64,000 bases of DNA from Antechinus flavipes (taxonomy: Eukaryota), in NCBI RefSeq assembly GCF_016432865.1, contig NC_067400.1, forward strand, positions 611,382,001-611,446,000, read 5' to 3'. How positions within the stretch are numbered: the stretch's first letter is position 1; each line of letters starts with the position of its first letter. A model generated the notes under the pieces. The model was given only the letters and a program-made list of their open reading frames with translations. It ran no database searches and was not told where the DNA came from. Made by a program: the position numbers and the translations under genes. This document shows positions 24,906 through 39,200 of the stretch, one piece after another.

Positions 24906-25839
24906 TCTCGTTGCCTCTCATTCTCATCCAACTTCCCCTTCTCCCCCACTATCCAGTGACCCTCACTGACCGCCTCCCCCACAGGAACCTCAGATTGGGC
25001 TGATGGGTGATTCTCTTGCACATTCCCAAACACACCCACACCTTTCCCCCCTCTACCTCCATCCCAGGCTATTCCCTGCAATCTCTTTCTGGAGCAGTGG
25101 ATTCCAGTGGGATACAGACTCGGGTTCCAAACCTGCTGCCGTTTCCTGTCTCTGTCCCTCTCACTCTCAGTGACCCCCGCCCCTTCCCAAACCTTCCCTC
25201 CCTCGTAATTTTCCTCTGAAGAAACAGTTCTAATCACCAGCACAGCCACCAGGGGGTGCCACTGATTTGGGTCCCGCAGGAGTAGGAGGAAGGGGGAAGG
25301 GCCACAGACTGGGATACACTGAGGATCCGCGCCCCCAGAGCGAGGTCAGGAAAGGAGGAGATGGGAAGGGGGGGATAGGAGCGGTAACAGTAGCAGCCAT
25401 TGATGGGATGCTTCCCCCCCATCCCCACCGAGGGACCCAGACTCTGCTACGATTCTCTGGCTGCGTCCTCATGTCCCGGGCCCTTCCAGCCAGTGTGGGA
25501 GGACCTGGGTCGGCAGGTTCTGGTGCGAGTTCACAAAGGGGCCCAGCCTCCACACGTGGGTCTCAGATGTCATGCTAAGTGGGCAAAGGCAGCAGCGGGC
25601 AGAGAGAGGGCTTCTCCTTCCCTGGGGGAGAGGCTGGGTCTCGGGGCGCTGAGGTCCCACCTGCCGAGCCCTCCCGACACTACCGGGGCGGGGAAGAGAA
25701 GCAGACTGAAGTCCGGAGCTTCATTCACCTTGACCCCCGAAATCCAGAGCAGCGCCCCTGAGTACAAGCCGGGGCTGCAGGCCCGCGGGCCCGGCTTCCT
25801 TCTGTCCCTGCTTTGACTGGCGAGAGAGTCCGGGCCAGC

Positions 25840-26916
25840 TCAGATCCACTGAGGCAATCTCCCTGCAGCCTCTGGGGCGGGGGGACGGGGCCACTGGTGG
25901 CGAGAAGCGGGGGGTGGCCCTGCTTTGTCCCAGATGTTGTCATAACTGAAGTCCCTCTGGCTGCCGGAGGGCTCCGAGGAAGATCGCTCCGACTCCCCGG
26001 CCTTCCTTCTGGGGGAGCTGCCACCTGCAGAGATCCGGAACTCAGTCAGGCTAGGAGCTGGGCCGGGTGGGGAGGTGGAGAGAGCCCCGCCAGGGCCCGC
26101 CTGAGCTTGGGGGTATCGGGAGGGCCCCGCCTGAGCCCTGCTTGGCCCAGGGATCATCGGGCTGCCCCCACCAAGAGGCCCTGTGATGGTGGAGAAACAG
26201 GCTAGACTGGGCTCCCAGCCTTCGAGTGGGGGAACATGACCGGGGGCTGTCGGCAGACCAGAGAGGCGGCCGCACCCGTCAGTGCCAGAGAGAACACTCA
26301 GGGCTGGAACAGGGGAGGAGGGCACAGGCTGGGGAGGGGCAGGGGGAAGTAGCTATCTCAGCATCAGTTGGGGAAAGTCCCATGGCCTTAGTTGCTGAGC
26401 CCCCAGAGGCGTAACTCACCTGAGAGTCGAAGCTGAGGTTTGGGGGAACCTTCCTTTGGCGGGGAGACCCGGACCTGGGGAGACAAAGTGGGAAACTGAG
26501 GCATGAGGGGGGAAGCACTCCTGCACCTGAAGCCAAAAGATTGGCATTGGAATCTCATCTCTGCTGCTTATTATCTAGCTGTGAGGCACAGAGCGCAGGA
26601 CATGGAGTCAGGAAGCTCCAAGTTCAAATTCAGCCCCAGATGACTTACTAGTGATGTGATCCTGGGCAGGTCAATTAACCTGTTTGCCTCAGTTTCCTCA
26701 TTTGTACAATGGGGGTAATAAAAGCACTGGGAGGTAATTCAGGGTGGCCAGAAAGATAATATAAATATATAAATACTTTAAAAGGGCTAAAGCACAATGT
26801 AGCTTAGCACATAGTAGGAGCTTTAATAAATTATGGCTATTACTGTTACTTATGTGACCTTGGGAAAAGTCATCTCTGGGCCTCATCAGTGTGAGTGTGT
26901 GTGTGTGTGAGAGTGT

Positions 26917-26970
<54 letters not shown>

Positions 26971-29900
26971 TTCCTTTCCATTCTGACTTTCTACGTCCTT
27001 TGTTCTGTTCTAAGATTTCGCCCACTTCGGACGTTCTGTGCTCTATGTTCCAATATTCCACATTCTCAGGGTTCTCCCAGCTCCGAGTCTCCATTCTAAG
27101 GTTCCTTCTCACTCTGGTATTCCAAGTCCCAAGGTCCTTCCCAGCTCCAAATTCTAAAATCCTTTGACATGACACTCAGACCTGCTCCCCCCCACCCCAT
27201 CTCTCTCATCTGTCTGTATGTCTCTGGATCTCTCTCCTCTCTGTGTGTGTCTCTTTCCTCTCTCTGTGTCTCTCTGTCTCTTTCATTTCTCTCTGTGTCT
27301 CTCTGTCTCTTTCTCTGTATTTTTCTCCCATCCTTGTGTGTCTCTGTCTCTTTCCTCTGTTTCTCTTTCATTTCTTTGTGTCTCTCCCTCTGTCTCTCCT
27401 CTCCCCCTCTCTCTTTCTGTGTCTCTCTATCTCTCTCATCCCTGTTTCTCTCTGTCTCTGTCTCTGTTTCTCTCTTTGTGTGCGTGTGTCTCTCTCTCTG
27501 TCTCTCCCTCTATCTTTCCTCTCTCTGTCTCTGTGTCTCTCCTCTGTCTCTATCTGTCTCTCCTCTTTCTGTCTCTGTTTCTCTCTGTGTGTGTCTCTGT
27601 GTCTCTCCTCTGTCTCTGTCTGTCTCTCCTCTCTCTGTCCCTCTCTCCATCTCTGCCACTGCCTCTGGACACCCCCAATCCCAGCTTCAGACGTTGTTCT
27701 CCGCCCATGGTTCCAGTTCAGGCCCAGGCCCCTCCCCAGGCAGCCCCCCCTCACCTGGTGAGGTCGGGAAGGCTCCAGAAGACCAACTCCCCGGACTTTG
27801 AAGGAGCCTCGTTGTCTCTGAGACTCCCAGTGCTGAGGGGCCGGCTTTTTCTGAAGGGGATGTGAGCTGGGGGACGGGACGGGGACGGAGACGGGGGCGG
27901 TGGGGAAGGTGTTCAGTGGCTCCTGGACTGCACAGCTCTTGAACGCCTCCAGAAACTGTGAGGAAAACCGAGAGTCTCACCAGGTGCCAGGGACAGAGGA
28001 GGCCGGGAGCCGGGACGCCCGCCAGAGGCTCCCCTGCCCCAGCCTGGGCCCGGGCCTTGGGTCAGCCACCGAGCAGAGCCGCCTCTGCCCAGACTTGGGT
28101 TTGGACGTTAATCAGATGGGGTTTCAACAGAACCCGCTCCGATCCCCCCTGAGGACTGACCTCACCAGTGACGTCCCTGAGCTTGATGTGGGTGGTGGAG
28201 GTCGGGGTGTAAGGGTCAGCGTACAAAGGGGACTGGGGCTTCTCTGGGCTGTCAGCAGCGGCGTCCTCGCTGCCCTCCAGGCTCCTCTGGTTTAGCTGCA
28301 GGAGAAGCGGGGAGGGTTGTGGGGGCCACTCGGCGAGGGGTCCCTTTCATTAGGATTTCCACCGGCTTTGGGCGGGGGGACTGAGTGACATGGCGGCTGT
28401 CTGAACCCCCACTTCCTGGCTAGGACCACACGTGTGGGCCAGGGATTATTTGGGGATGAAGGGAGACAAATGGGGGAGAGAGAGATACGGAGATAAAGAG
28501 AGACCCAAGGAGACAATGAGGGAGACACAGAGAGTTATAGGGCCAGAGAGAGACCAGGGAGACAGTGAGAGACAAATGGGGGAGAGATAAATACATACAG
28601 AGACAGAGAGAGACCAGGAAGACAGAGACAGAAAGTGAGCGACAGACTGGCAAGCAAGGGCAGGGAGGCAGGCCCAGGGTGGGGCTTGGGAGGCCCCTAC
28701 ATTGGTGAGACCCAGGTCTAGATGCAGGGGAACCCGGAGGGCCGGCTCCTCTCCCTTGGGCTGCCCTGTTCCTTTTCCCTTGGATGAGCGGCCGCTGCCC
28801 TTGCGTCTCAGTTCTGCCCGACGCCTTCCCAAGCTGGAGCTGCCGGGGTTGCCATGGCTCTGGAAGGACACAGAGAGAGTGCTGGGTGCCTCCAAACTAA
28901 AGCGGGAAGGCCAGCCCCCATGCTTTGTGACCCCAGCTCCCATGCTCTGTGACCCCAGCCCCTGGGGGCCAAGGAATGAGGAGCCCCTTATTGCCAAGGA
29001 GCTGCCCTGTGGCCCCCCAGGCCCTGCCCAGGCTGATAGATAGGGACAGAGAACTTGTTTGGGGACACTTGGGCAGTCCCAGCTCTTACTCTATGAGTCT
29101 CACACAGCCTCCCCCCCTCAACTCTGCTGCTCCCTTCCAACTGAGCCCCCAATCCCCAAAGCTGCCTGGGTACCCAGAACTCTCCCCCCCCCCAGAATCC
29201 AGTCACTGAAGCCTGTGACCCAGTAGATCCTGCTCGGGCCTGGGTGACTCACCTGGTCCCGCTGGGGGGTGCCGTCACCACCCCCAGGATAGTTCCTGGG
29301 CAGCATGGGGTGGTCGGGGAGGGAGCTGCTGGCGTGGGAGGAAGTGGATGGGGCCCCCGTGGATGCCCAGGAGTTGGTCCGGCCATCGGAGGTAAGGGAC
29401 GCTCGCCCGCTGACTGAGAACTGAGCCACGTAGGGTGGAATTAGGCCGGTCCCGGAGAGGAGGGAACGATCCCCCAGACTCCCCCACTGACCCCAGCCCG
29501 GCCGGCTCTGCGAGCCCTGCCCTCCTCCTCGACTGCCAGCCTCCTCCGGCTGAAGTGGGAGGGCAGCGCTGGGCCCCGAGAGTACAAAGGCAAGACCCAA
29601 AGGGCTTTTTGCCCTCGAGGAGTGCCCAGCCCCATCTGTCCCCCTTACCTGTGCGGGGAGGGGTGGCCGTGGCCCCTGGAAGCTCTCGGGGCCCGAGCGG
29701 GTGGAGGAGCCCCCCTTTTTGAGGCGCACAGTTCGCCAACAAAGCAACCAGTCTTGGTAGTCTTCATAGTTGGCACAGAGCACGCGGATGGTATTGATGA
29801 GGCGGCCTGTGAGGGTCACAACATGGGCTCTTTCTGGGCTCCCCGGCGGGGGGGAGGGGGGAGAGGAAAGGGGGCGGGGCATCGCTCACTGGGTGGGCCC

Positions 29901-32900
29901 TCTGCAGAGCCCTGAGCACAGGACCCAGTTTGCTTAGGTTAAAACCAGCATTTCCATTGCCCCCCTCCCAGAGATTAGCCCAAGAACGTATACAATGTTG
30001 TTGTTACTGAATACGCTGTATACAGTGTAGCCCCTGAGCCAGGGAGGAGCTGGGATTTACTACCCACAGTCCATCTCAGGAGGGGAGCTCCCAAGTGAGT
30101 CAAAGCCACAGGACAGTGTCTACAGTAACAACAATACTGTCTGAAGAACAACTCGGAGCAACAAAGTCATTTTGGCCATCACCCAGCTCCAAGTTCCAAA
30201 GGCCCTAGGAAGAGAGATGCTGTCTGCACAAATGGAAATAGATATGGGAAGATTTTACATTCAGAATAAAATAAAGAATAAAAATAAAGTTAAAAAAAGG
30301 GGGGAATCGCAGAGTTATCTAGGTTACCCCCTAAAATCCAGGACAAATAGATTTGCAGTTTCACAAATCATTTTTTTTTTCTATTCTACTATTATGGAAA
30401 TACTTGTTTTATTTTTTCAGTTCAGAATAAAATAAAGAATAATAAAATAAAGTTAAAAAAGGGGGGGAATCTCAGAGTTATCTAGGTTACCCCCTAAAAT
30501 CCAGGGCAAATAGATTTGCAGTTTCACAAATCATTTTTTTCTATTCTACTATTATGGAAATACTTGTTTTATTTTTTCAGTTCAGAATAAAATAAAGAAT
30601 AATAAAATAAAGTTAAAAAAAGGGGGGAATCTCAGAGTTATCTAGGTTACCCCCTAAAATCCAGGACAAATAGATTTGCAGTTTCACAAATCATTTTTTT
30701 TCTATTCTACTATTATGGAAATACTTGTTTTATTTTTTCAGTTCAGAATAAAATAAAGAATAATAAAATAAAGTTAAAAAGGGGGGGGGAATCTCAGAGT
30801 TATCTAGGTTACCCCCTAAAATCCAGGGCAAAAGATTTGCAGTTTCACAAATCATTTTTTTTTCTATTCTACTGTTATGGAAATACTTGTTTTATTTTTT
30901 CAGTTCAGAATAACATAAAGAATAATAAAATAAAAGAAAAAGAAAAATATAAAGTTTTTTTTTTTTAAAGGGAATCTCAGAGTTATCTAGGTTACCCCCT
31001 AAAATCCAGGGCAAAAGATTTGCAGTTTCACAAATCATTTTTTTTCCTATTCTACTGTTATGGAAATACTCGTTTTATTTCTTCAGTTCAGAATAAAATT
31101 AAGAAGAAAAAAGAAAATAAAGTTTAAAAAAGAGGAAATCTCAGAGTTATCTAGGTTACCCCCTAAAATCCAGGGCAAATAGATTTGCAGTTTCACAAAT
31201 CTTTTTTTTTTCTATTCTACTGTTATTGAAATACTTGTTTTATTTCTTTAGTTCAGAATAAAATAAATAATAAAATAAAATAAAAATAAAAATATAAAGT
31301 TTTTTTTTTTTTTAAGGGAATCTCAGAGTTATCTCGGTTATCCCCTAAAATCCAGGGCAAATAGATTTGCAGTTTCACAAATCAATTTTTTTCCTATTGT
31401 ACTATTATGGAAATACTTGCTTTATTTCTTCAGTTCAAAATAAAAAATAAAGTTTAAAAAAGAGGAAATCTCAGAATTATCTAGGTTACCCCCTAAAACC
31501 CAAGGCAAATGCAGTTTCACAAATTATTTTTTTCCTATTCTACTATTATGGAAATACTTATTTTTACTTCTTTAGTTCAGAATAAGAGCTTTAAGAAAAG
31601 AAGGACTCTCAGGACTATCTAGGTTACCCCCTAAAATCCAGGCCAGCCACATGAGACACTGGGGGCCCGTAGCAGCCAGACAGGACAGGTCCACCCCAAC
31701 CAAGAATGTCACCCACCTGGCTGATTCCACTGAGATCCCTCCCTGCCCTGAGATCCCCATCCTGTTTCCCCTCTTCCGCCTTGCTCAATGGGAGAGAGAA
31801 GTGACTCAGTCTCCACTGATTATAACTATGGCCCAGAGGAACGGGCTGAGTGTGGGTCAGTGCAGCTGCTGGAGTTGCACAGGGAGGGTGCCAGGGATAA
31901 GGGTCAGGCTGGAAGGGGCCGAGAGGATGAGGGTCTCTGAGATGGAAGCTTACTGACCCTCGATCAGGAAGGACCGGATCTGTTTCTCGCTCTCTTCAAA
32001 GTTGAGCTGGACGGAGTTGAGCGGAAGCTCCCCCTTAGGGAAGACAAAGTGCATCTTTAGACCTGATTTGTAGGAGGCAAGGGGGATGTGAGGGGATTTC
32101 TACTTCCCTGTCTCCTGCCATCCCTTAACCCATTTTTCTGCCTTGACTCCACCATTTTGGCTCTGTTCCCCCCTTAATTCATTTCTTTTTGATCTTGACT
32201 GGGGAGAGGCAGATTGGAAGAGTCCGACTCATTTGGATTCTGATGTGGTCAATGACCATTATTATAATATATTATAATGATTTCTGGTGATTATCAGCTC
32301 TGGATTTGGGAGTCAGAAAAATGAGTTCAGATAAGGATGTACTAGGCCATGGTATCCGACTGAGCCTACCAGGTAACCTCACCTGGGCTTCCTCAGTTTC
32401 CTCATCTGGAAAATGGGGATAAGGATAACATCTATCTCCCAGGGTTTTTGTGAGGATGGCCTGAGATAATATTTGTGAGGAAGCGATTTGCAAATCCTAA
32501 TGCCTGTGTAAACACTGCTGTGTCCCAGTCAGTCTGAGTCAGTTTAGAGAAAGCTGCCTGGGACACGCTTGCTCCCGGTCAGAGTGTGACCGGGCCACAA
32601 AGGCCACTGGGATTAAGGCGTCCGTGAGGGTCACGGTGTCTCTTCCCTTGTCTTGGGGCAGGTTTTACCTGCTTGTGAATACCCGGGAGAGGAGACTCTT
32701 TTGACCTCACCCAGTGTCTTACGCACCTCCTGGACAGGAAGTTTTTCCAAACTAATCCTTCATGTTATGGATCAGTCCTTTGTTAACAGCAGGAGGAAGG
32801 GAAGTGAATCACCGGAAAAGCGAGGACCCCCGTCAGGAGAAGGAGGGGCGCAGGAGCCCCCTCCTACTTTAGATCTCACATCTGGCCCTGACCCACTTCA

Positions 32901-35900
32901 CCCCCAGGAAATACAGTGGGACAGAGGCCTCCCCCACATGAGCCTGGGCCCAGGGAAGGCGGACAAGCAAGAGGTCTGGCAGGAACCTCCCTCACCCTAG
33001 ACTAATCTTGAAATTCTGGTTTTCAAATAGAATCCCTCCCTCCAGCCCCACCCACCAACCTGATAGGGAGAGAAGAGAGGGGGACAAGCAGAAGACCTGG
33101 GGAGGGGGGGTGTAGACTGAGAAGATATAGTCAGTAGATAAATCTCTTGGAGACTTAGTTTTCTCATCTGAAAAATGGGGAGAATGGCTGTAGTCCTACC
33201 TGACCCGATTGTAGGGAGGCTTAAACTAGAGAATGGCAGCCTTAAAGGCTCAGAGAAACATCACCTGGTACCGCTTTAAGGGGCTCAGTCCAGGAGAAGA
33301 GGAGGCAGTGTCAGGGGCATCCGAGCACTATGGTCAAGGCCCAGAGGCGGGTGGGGAGGGAGGTAGGACTACCTTGAAGTTCAGTCCATCAGAGTCCTCT
33401 GACAGGATGACCAATGTAGATGGATAGAGAACCAGAATCCGATCGTGGAGGTCCTGAGAGGTCAGAAAAGGTTAGAGGGTGATTGGGGGCAGGGCAAGGG
33501 GGGGGGTGGGGAGAGAGAGACAGTTAAATGATGCAGTGAATGGAGCACCGGCACTGAAGTCAGGAGGATCTGAGTTCAAATCCAGCCTCAGCCACATGAT
33601 ACTTTATAGCTGTGTGACCTCACTTAACCCTAAATGCCTCACAAAAAAGAAGGTGATTTAGGGGTCAGGGATGACCTCAGCTAGCTCAGAGCTACAGGAG
33701 AAGTACATAGGTGGGGCGGGGGGGGGTAGCGTCTGCCCCTACCCGTTAGAGCTGCACTTTCCTTCGTTTCCCAGCCCTCCCAGCCCTTTTCTCCCCTGCC
33801 CTCTCCCTCCCACCCTGGCCACTTTTCCCTCTCCCTCTTTCTCTGCCACCCCATTGCCACCTGGGAAGGCAGATGCTGTATTTTCACTCGGGAGGCGCAG
33901 ACCACATCTCCCAGAGTCTCTCGACTGGTTCCTTCCCAGTGATGAACTGGGTAGTGCTGGAGGGCCCAAGGAAGAGGGCAGAGATGATTCTCCCTTGCAG
34001 AGTCCTTGGGGGACAGAGATGAAAAGAGCCATTTTTAGGGGTTGGCCAATCAGAGAGCTGGAGAAGGGGAAGGAACCTCCTTGGCCCTTCAGCCCATCTC
34101 AAACTCCAAAGGGATCCTCACCATTCTACTCCTCCAAAGCAGTCATCTGGCTGTTCTTGAAGATCTCCAACAACGGGGATCTCACTACCTCCCTACGTAG
34201 ATGACCTGTTGCTAGCTGGTGTTCACCGAGGAAGCTTTTCCTCATATCAATTGCTTTTTTACAACTTTCTGCCTCCAAAGGCTGAGTCAGCCCTCTGGAT
34301 TCGGGAGAAGGCCTAATAGCCCTTGGCTTTGATAGCTCTTATGACTCACTGGTTCCCTCGGTCACTTCCTTAACTGACCTTGCTGTGACTCAGCCTAGAG
34401 ACCCTGGTCCATCTTCTCTGGCTCTGCCGTCGCTTAAGCTATGACACCCGGAGGTGTCCGTGGTGCTCCCGATCCAGGGCAGAGTTCGGGAGAAGTTCCC
34501 CCTCCCTATTCCCAGAAGCCTTGGCTAAAGGGAGGAAGAGGAGGGAAGGATCACTGAGCATTCACCTGGAAAGATGGCCACGGGGGTCTCTTCATGAGGT
34601 CCATCTGCTTCTCCAGGTGGTAGAGCCATTGATGGAGCTCATCCTCACTGGGACAGAACACCAGGAGAGGGGACGGCAGGGGCCCTTGGGAGAAGGGAAA
34701 GCAACGATGGAGAGGGAGGTCACTGCCCTCCCCCAGCCTTGCATCCCCTTCCCTGGCCCATCCACACCCTCCCATCCTTCTCCCTACCAGCTGCCCAGCC
34801 CTTCTGTTCTCGACCCGCCCCACCCAGCTGCTCATTTCCTGCCTGCCGAGAACAGGGAGCATCAATCACCGGCCTCAGGCTCAGAGGGAGCTCTCTATAG
34901 GCAGCCTCAATGCTCTGAGCTTCCTTGGGGACCCAACAGCCTTAAATGGCTTCGGGCTGGTCAGGACCCTGGCCAGCAGCTCTGGTCCCAAAGGTTCCCG
35001 GAGTGACCCCAAGTGCTACCTGGGAGGCCGGGCAGCCTTTTCCTTAGCCAAGGCTCGGCACCCTTGGGCATGCGGGCAGTGAGTGGGTGGCCGCCGTGGG
35101 CCGGCATCTCCACTGCTCAGTGGGTGCCTCGGGATCAGCACCTCGGCCAGCACGCCCGCCCTCCCCCAGGCTCTAACGGTGGCCAGTCAGTGCCCATGAA
35201 CCTGGGCCGGCACCCTGGCTCTAACAAGCACCTGTCAGTGCCCAGGTCAGCCCCTAAGCCGGGGTCCTGGCCACACACGCTCTCGGACCAGAACATCCGG
35301 GTCAGTGTCCCTCTTCGAGCCCCACGCCCCTAACCTGGTCGGCATCCCCCCCAGGGAGAACGGTCCAGCCAGTGCTTCCACCTAACACCCAGGCAGCAGC
35401 CCCAGGGCCCAGTCAGCACCCAGATCAGAATCCTTAGTGGAGGCATTTGCCAGGTCACGGCCCCCCAGGGGTCAATGCCCTGCCCCCGGCTGGGCCTAAG
35501 CTCTCGTCCTAGCCAGGAGGACAGGTCTCGGGCCCAGGCTAGTGATGAGATGGGCTGGTCACTGCCAGGGGCTTCAGATAAACATCCCCCCCAGTTCCGC
35601 CTCCCCTTACCCATGATCTGGAAGGCGTGTTGTCCTTCCATCTCTAGCCTAGAGACCTTCAGCTCTGTCAGTGGCAGCAGCACCTGTAGGAGTCCGATGG
35701 GATTAGGAGGGAGCAGCCAGAGGTCCTGGGGCAGAGGAACAGAGCCTCCCTCCCTCCCTCCCTCCACCACTATCCTGAGGGGTAGGTAGGGCCATGGGAG
35801 GGGGGTGGGGGGGCATGTTTCTAGCTCTAGATCTGTTTTGCATCAAATCGAGGTCAGGAAAAGCACAAGGCTTCGGTTCTCCGGGGCAGTGTCCCGGGCC

Positions 35901-36216
35901 CTTCCCCTTACCCCGTGGAGGACCCACACCTGTGGACAGGGAATGCTTCCCAGAGTTCCGCGGCCCGGCCCAGCGGGGGCAGGGCCCAGGCGAGCGTGAG
36001 CCCTGAGAGGCAGAGCTGGCTCTTAGGGATCGAGACTTCAGGTCGGGGGTTGTCACCTCCCACCCCTGCGCCCAATTGCTTACCTGGTAGGTGAGGCCGC
36101 TGGAACCATGAGCCTGGAAGTACAGACAGGAGGGGAACAGCTCCAGGTAGCAATCATAGACATCCTGTGGGGACGGGGAAGGCTCTGTTTGTCCTGGAGC
36201 CGAGAAGGCCGGAGTG

Positions 36217-36256
<40 letters not shown>

Positions 36257-39200
36257 GGGCAGCCTCGGCTGGCCGGGGATGACTTTTCTCACCCGGTCAC
36301 CGAGTCACCGAGTGTGAAATCTTAACAGAGCCATTGAATCTGCTTCTCTGCCTGGCCATGAACTTGGGGCTTTGGCAGCCCACTCCTGCCCTGGGAATAA
36401 AGGCTATTCCACCAGGGGATGAGCTTTCCCACACCCCCAGTTCCTCCATTCCACTGAACCCTGACCTTTACCCAGAACTCACTGCACAGTGCTGGAACTT
36501 GAACTTGACTTTGGAGTAGTGGATAATCTTCCCGAGGTTCCTTACGGGCATTTTCTGCCGGCTCTTTTTGAACACACTGAGCAACGGTTGGTCCACATTT
36601 TCCTTGTGACTGTCCAGGTTTGGGATGTCCTGGAGGAGGGTACGGCCCAGGAGCTCAGGCTTGGGGGGAAGTGGCCACAAGAGGCCCTTCTCCCCAGACA
36701 GGCACAGGGAAACCAGCCCCCCATGGAATCGGTTTGGGGGACACGGTCACTTTAAAGCAGGGCAAAGAAATGTAGCCAGCACAGCCAGGCGGTCCAGTAT
36801 GGAGCACAGGGGGGCCTCCAAAAGTCTGGGGGTCAGCTCCAAGCCCCAGACTGCTTAAGGCTTAAGACTGAGCAAACAGCTCCCCCGCCTCACTCACCCA
36901 TAGCCAAACCCAGTGTACCCACACAAACACAGGTACACACACATATCTACGTGGAAGGAGGGCAAGGGAGGGAGAGGAACCAGCATTTATTAAGTGCCTA
37001 CTGTGTGCCCGGAACTATGCCGAGCTCTTCACAAGTATTATCTCAATTGGTCATCTAGACAGGCGGGCAGATAAAAAGAAAGACAGTTTCCATTTTTATA
37101 ACTATCCAGACACAGTTACAGACACAGGATTGATGTCTGGAGTACTGGAAACTGTGTACAGGCATATAATAATATGTATAAGGTCCCAGAGGGAGTAAAA
37201 ACTAGGATTTGAGCCCAGAATCCACACCCAGAGGTCTTCCCACCTTGTGTCTCCCAGGCTCTGTAATGGTTACAGACACAGGAGTCCTGGAAACTGTCAT
37301 CCCATTGGCAGATGAGTTCACTAGGCTCAGTAGGGGCCTATGATAATACGTATAAGGGCCCAGAGGGAGTAAAACTAGGATTTGGGCCCAGAATCCACAC
37401 CCAGGGGTCTTCCCACCTTGTGTCTCCCAGGCTCTGTACACAGTCAGGCTACACAGCCACAGAGTTACACCCAGGGCAGCCACACAGAGAATCACACACA
37501 GTCACCCGGAATCCTGCCCTGCCGTGGGCCCTGGATAAGGCACCTCCCCTCCCTCAGTTTCCCCATCTGTAAACCAGGGGGTGACCAGAAGGTGGTCCCT
37601 GAGGTCCCTTCCGGCTCTAGAACCATTCCGAGGCCCAGACGCACATCGGGTCTGTGGATGAACGCCACGCGGACCCTCGGACAGGTGGTCACGCGGCCTC
37701 GCCCGCAGGCACATGGGGTCTGGAGGAAGGTGAACCGTGGCCGGGGCCCGGGACCGGGGTCTGCGGCGCTCTCGGTGCCCTTCCGAGCTTTGGGCGAGGG
37801 AGCCGAATGAGACGTGTTGCAACTCAGGCCACTGGCTCTGGGCCTGGCGCTTTACCTGCTTCCAGGGCCGCCCCCTTTGCTTGGGCAATCCCAGGGAATG
37901 TGGAAGGGCAGACAGATACAAGGGCTGGCTTCCCCGGCCCTCCCACCCTTGGGTGGGGCCTCCCACTCCCCGTGGGAACTGGCTCAGGGCCCCAGGGACC
38001 TGCAGAAAGTAGGCCACCGACTCATCCCTGCACTGCCCAGGGACCCCGGACGCTTCGAGGGACGTGGAGGCAGAAACGGGCTGGGGAAGGGGCCCCCGGC
38101 CGGCCCCCCGCCTCCCAGGGAGGAGGGGGCGAGGGAAGGCTGCTGGAGAATCTGACTCAGCTCGGTGGCTTCTCGGGCCACTGCCCCATTTCCCGGGCCC
38201 AGCTGGCTGTGGCAGCACTCCCCGGGCCTCCCAAACCAGTTCTGCCCCCAGGTGGGCACGGCCCCCACCCCCACAGCCTCCGCGGATGGAGTCAGGGTGG
38301 AGGGCCGGCCCGGGAGCCTGGCTGCCGCGCCAGCGGAGGTGACCTTAATGCCCAGTGCCCCCTCCCCCCCCTCCGGCTTCTGCACAGTCAGCGCCCCTGC
38401 CTCAGGGACTATCTGGTGACATGGAGCTATTAATAGACAGCATGGGGGTGGCCTGAGGCTCTGCTGGCCACTCAGCCTGACCCCTGGACTCAGAGCCCCC
38501 CCCCCCCCAGGGGGGGTCACTCCTCCCTCAAGTGCTCCTGGCTAGAGGGTGCCCAGGCTCTGAGGGGCCATGGGGGAGGGGGGCACGCTCCCCCCTCCCT
38601 CTGCTGACAGTTCAGTGGGTGCATGTAGATTTACATACATGTTAAGTGTATGTGTAAGTGTGCATGCATGTATGTGTGTATGTAGGGTGTCTAGTGTATA
38701 TGTGTGGGTATGTAGATTTATATATGCCGTATATGTATGTATAAGTGTGTATATGTAGGTGTGTGTATATATGTGTATATATGCATGTGTAAATGTGTGT
38801 AAGTATATATGTATGTGTAAGCATGTGTACATATATGTAAGTGTGTATACACACATATGTATGTATAAGCGTGTATATGTCCGTGTGCATGTGTAAGCGG
38901 ATGTCCACAGGTGTCCATGTGGGGGGAGGGGCTGGAACAGAAAAGGGGCTCCCGGTCCTGCTGGTCTCAGACAAGGGGCCAACCTCTCCCCGTATAACAC
39001 AGGAAGGAGGGGTTCGGGGCCTTAGCCCCCAAGTAGCTCCTGACAGATTGGGCCTTGGTCCCTGCAGATGCCCCCAGCCCCCACAGTGGGAGCAGGGAAA
39101 TGCCCTCTGGGGTGTCCGGTGGGCTCCAGCTGCTGCAGAAGGCCCGGCCTCCGCCCCGGGAGCAGCGGAGACCCCAACAGGGAGGGAGAGGGTTTGTGGG

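Noticed and set aside
24192-28000. Pro/Leu/Ser-rich and SLCL-rich ORFs
   Set aside because: By-products of the 19-bp minisatellite and TC/TG tracts, which lack stop codons.
30258-31642. CRISPR-like or centromeric-satellite reading of the array (also considered for 43098-43413)
   Set aside because: Spacers are not unique, there are no cas genes, the DNA is eukaryotic, and the arrays are short and intronic.
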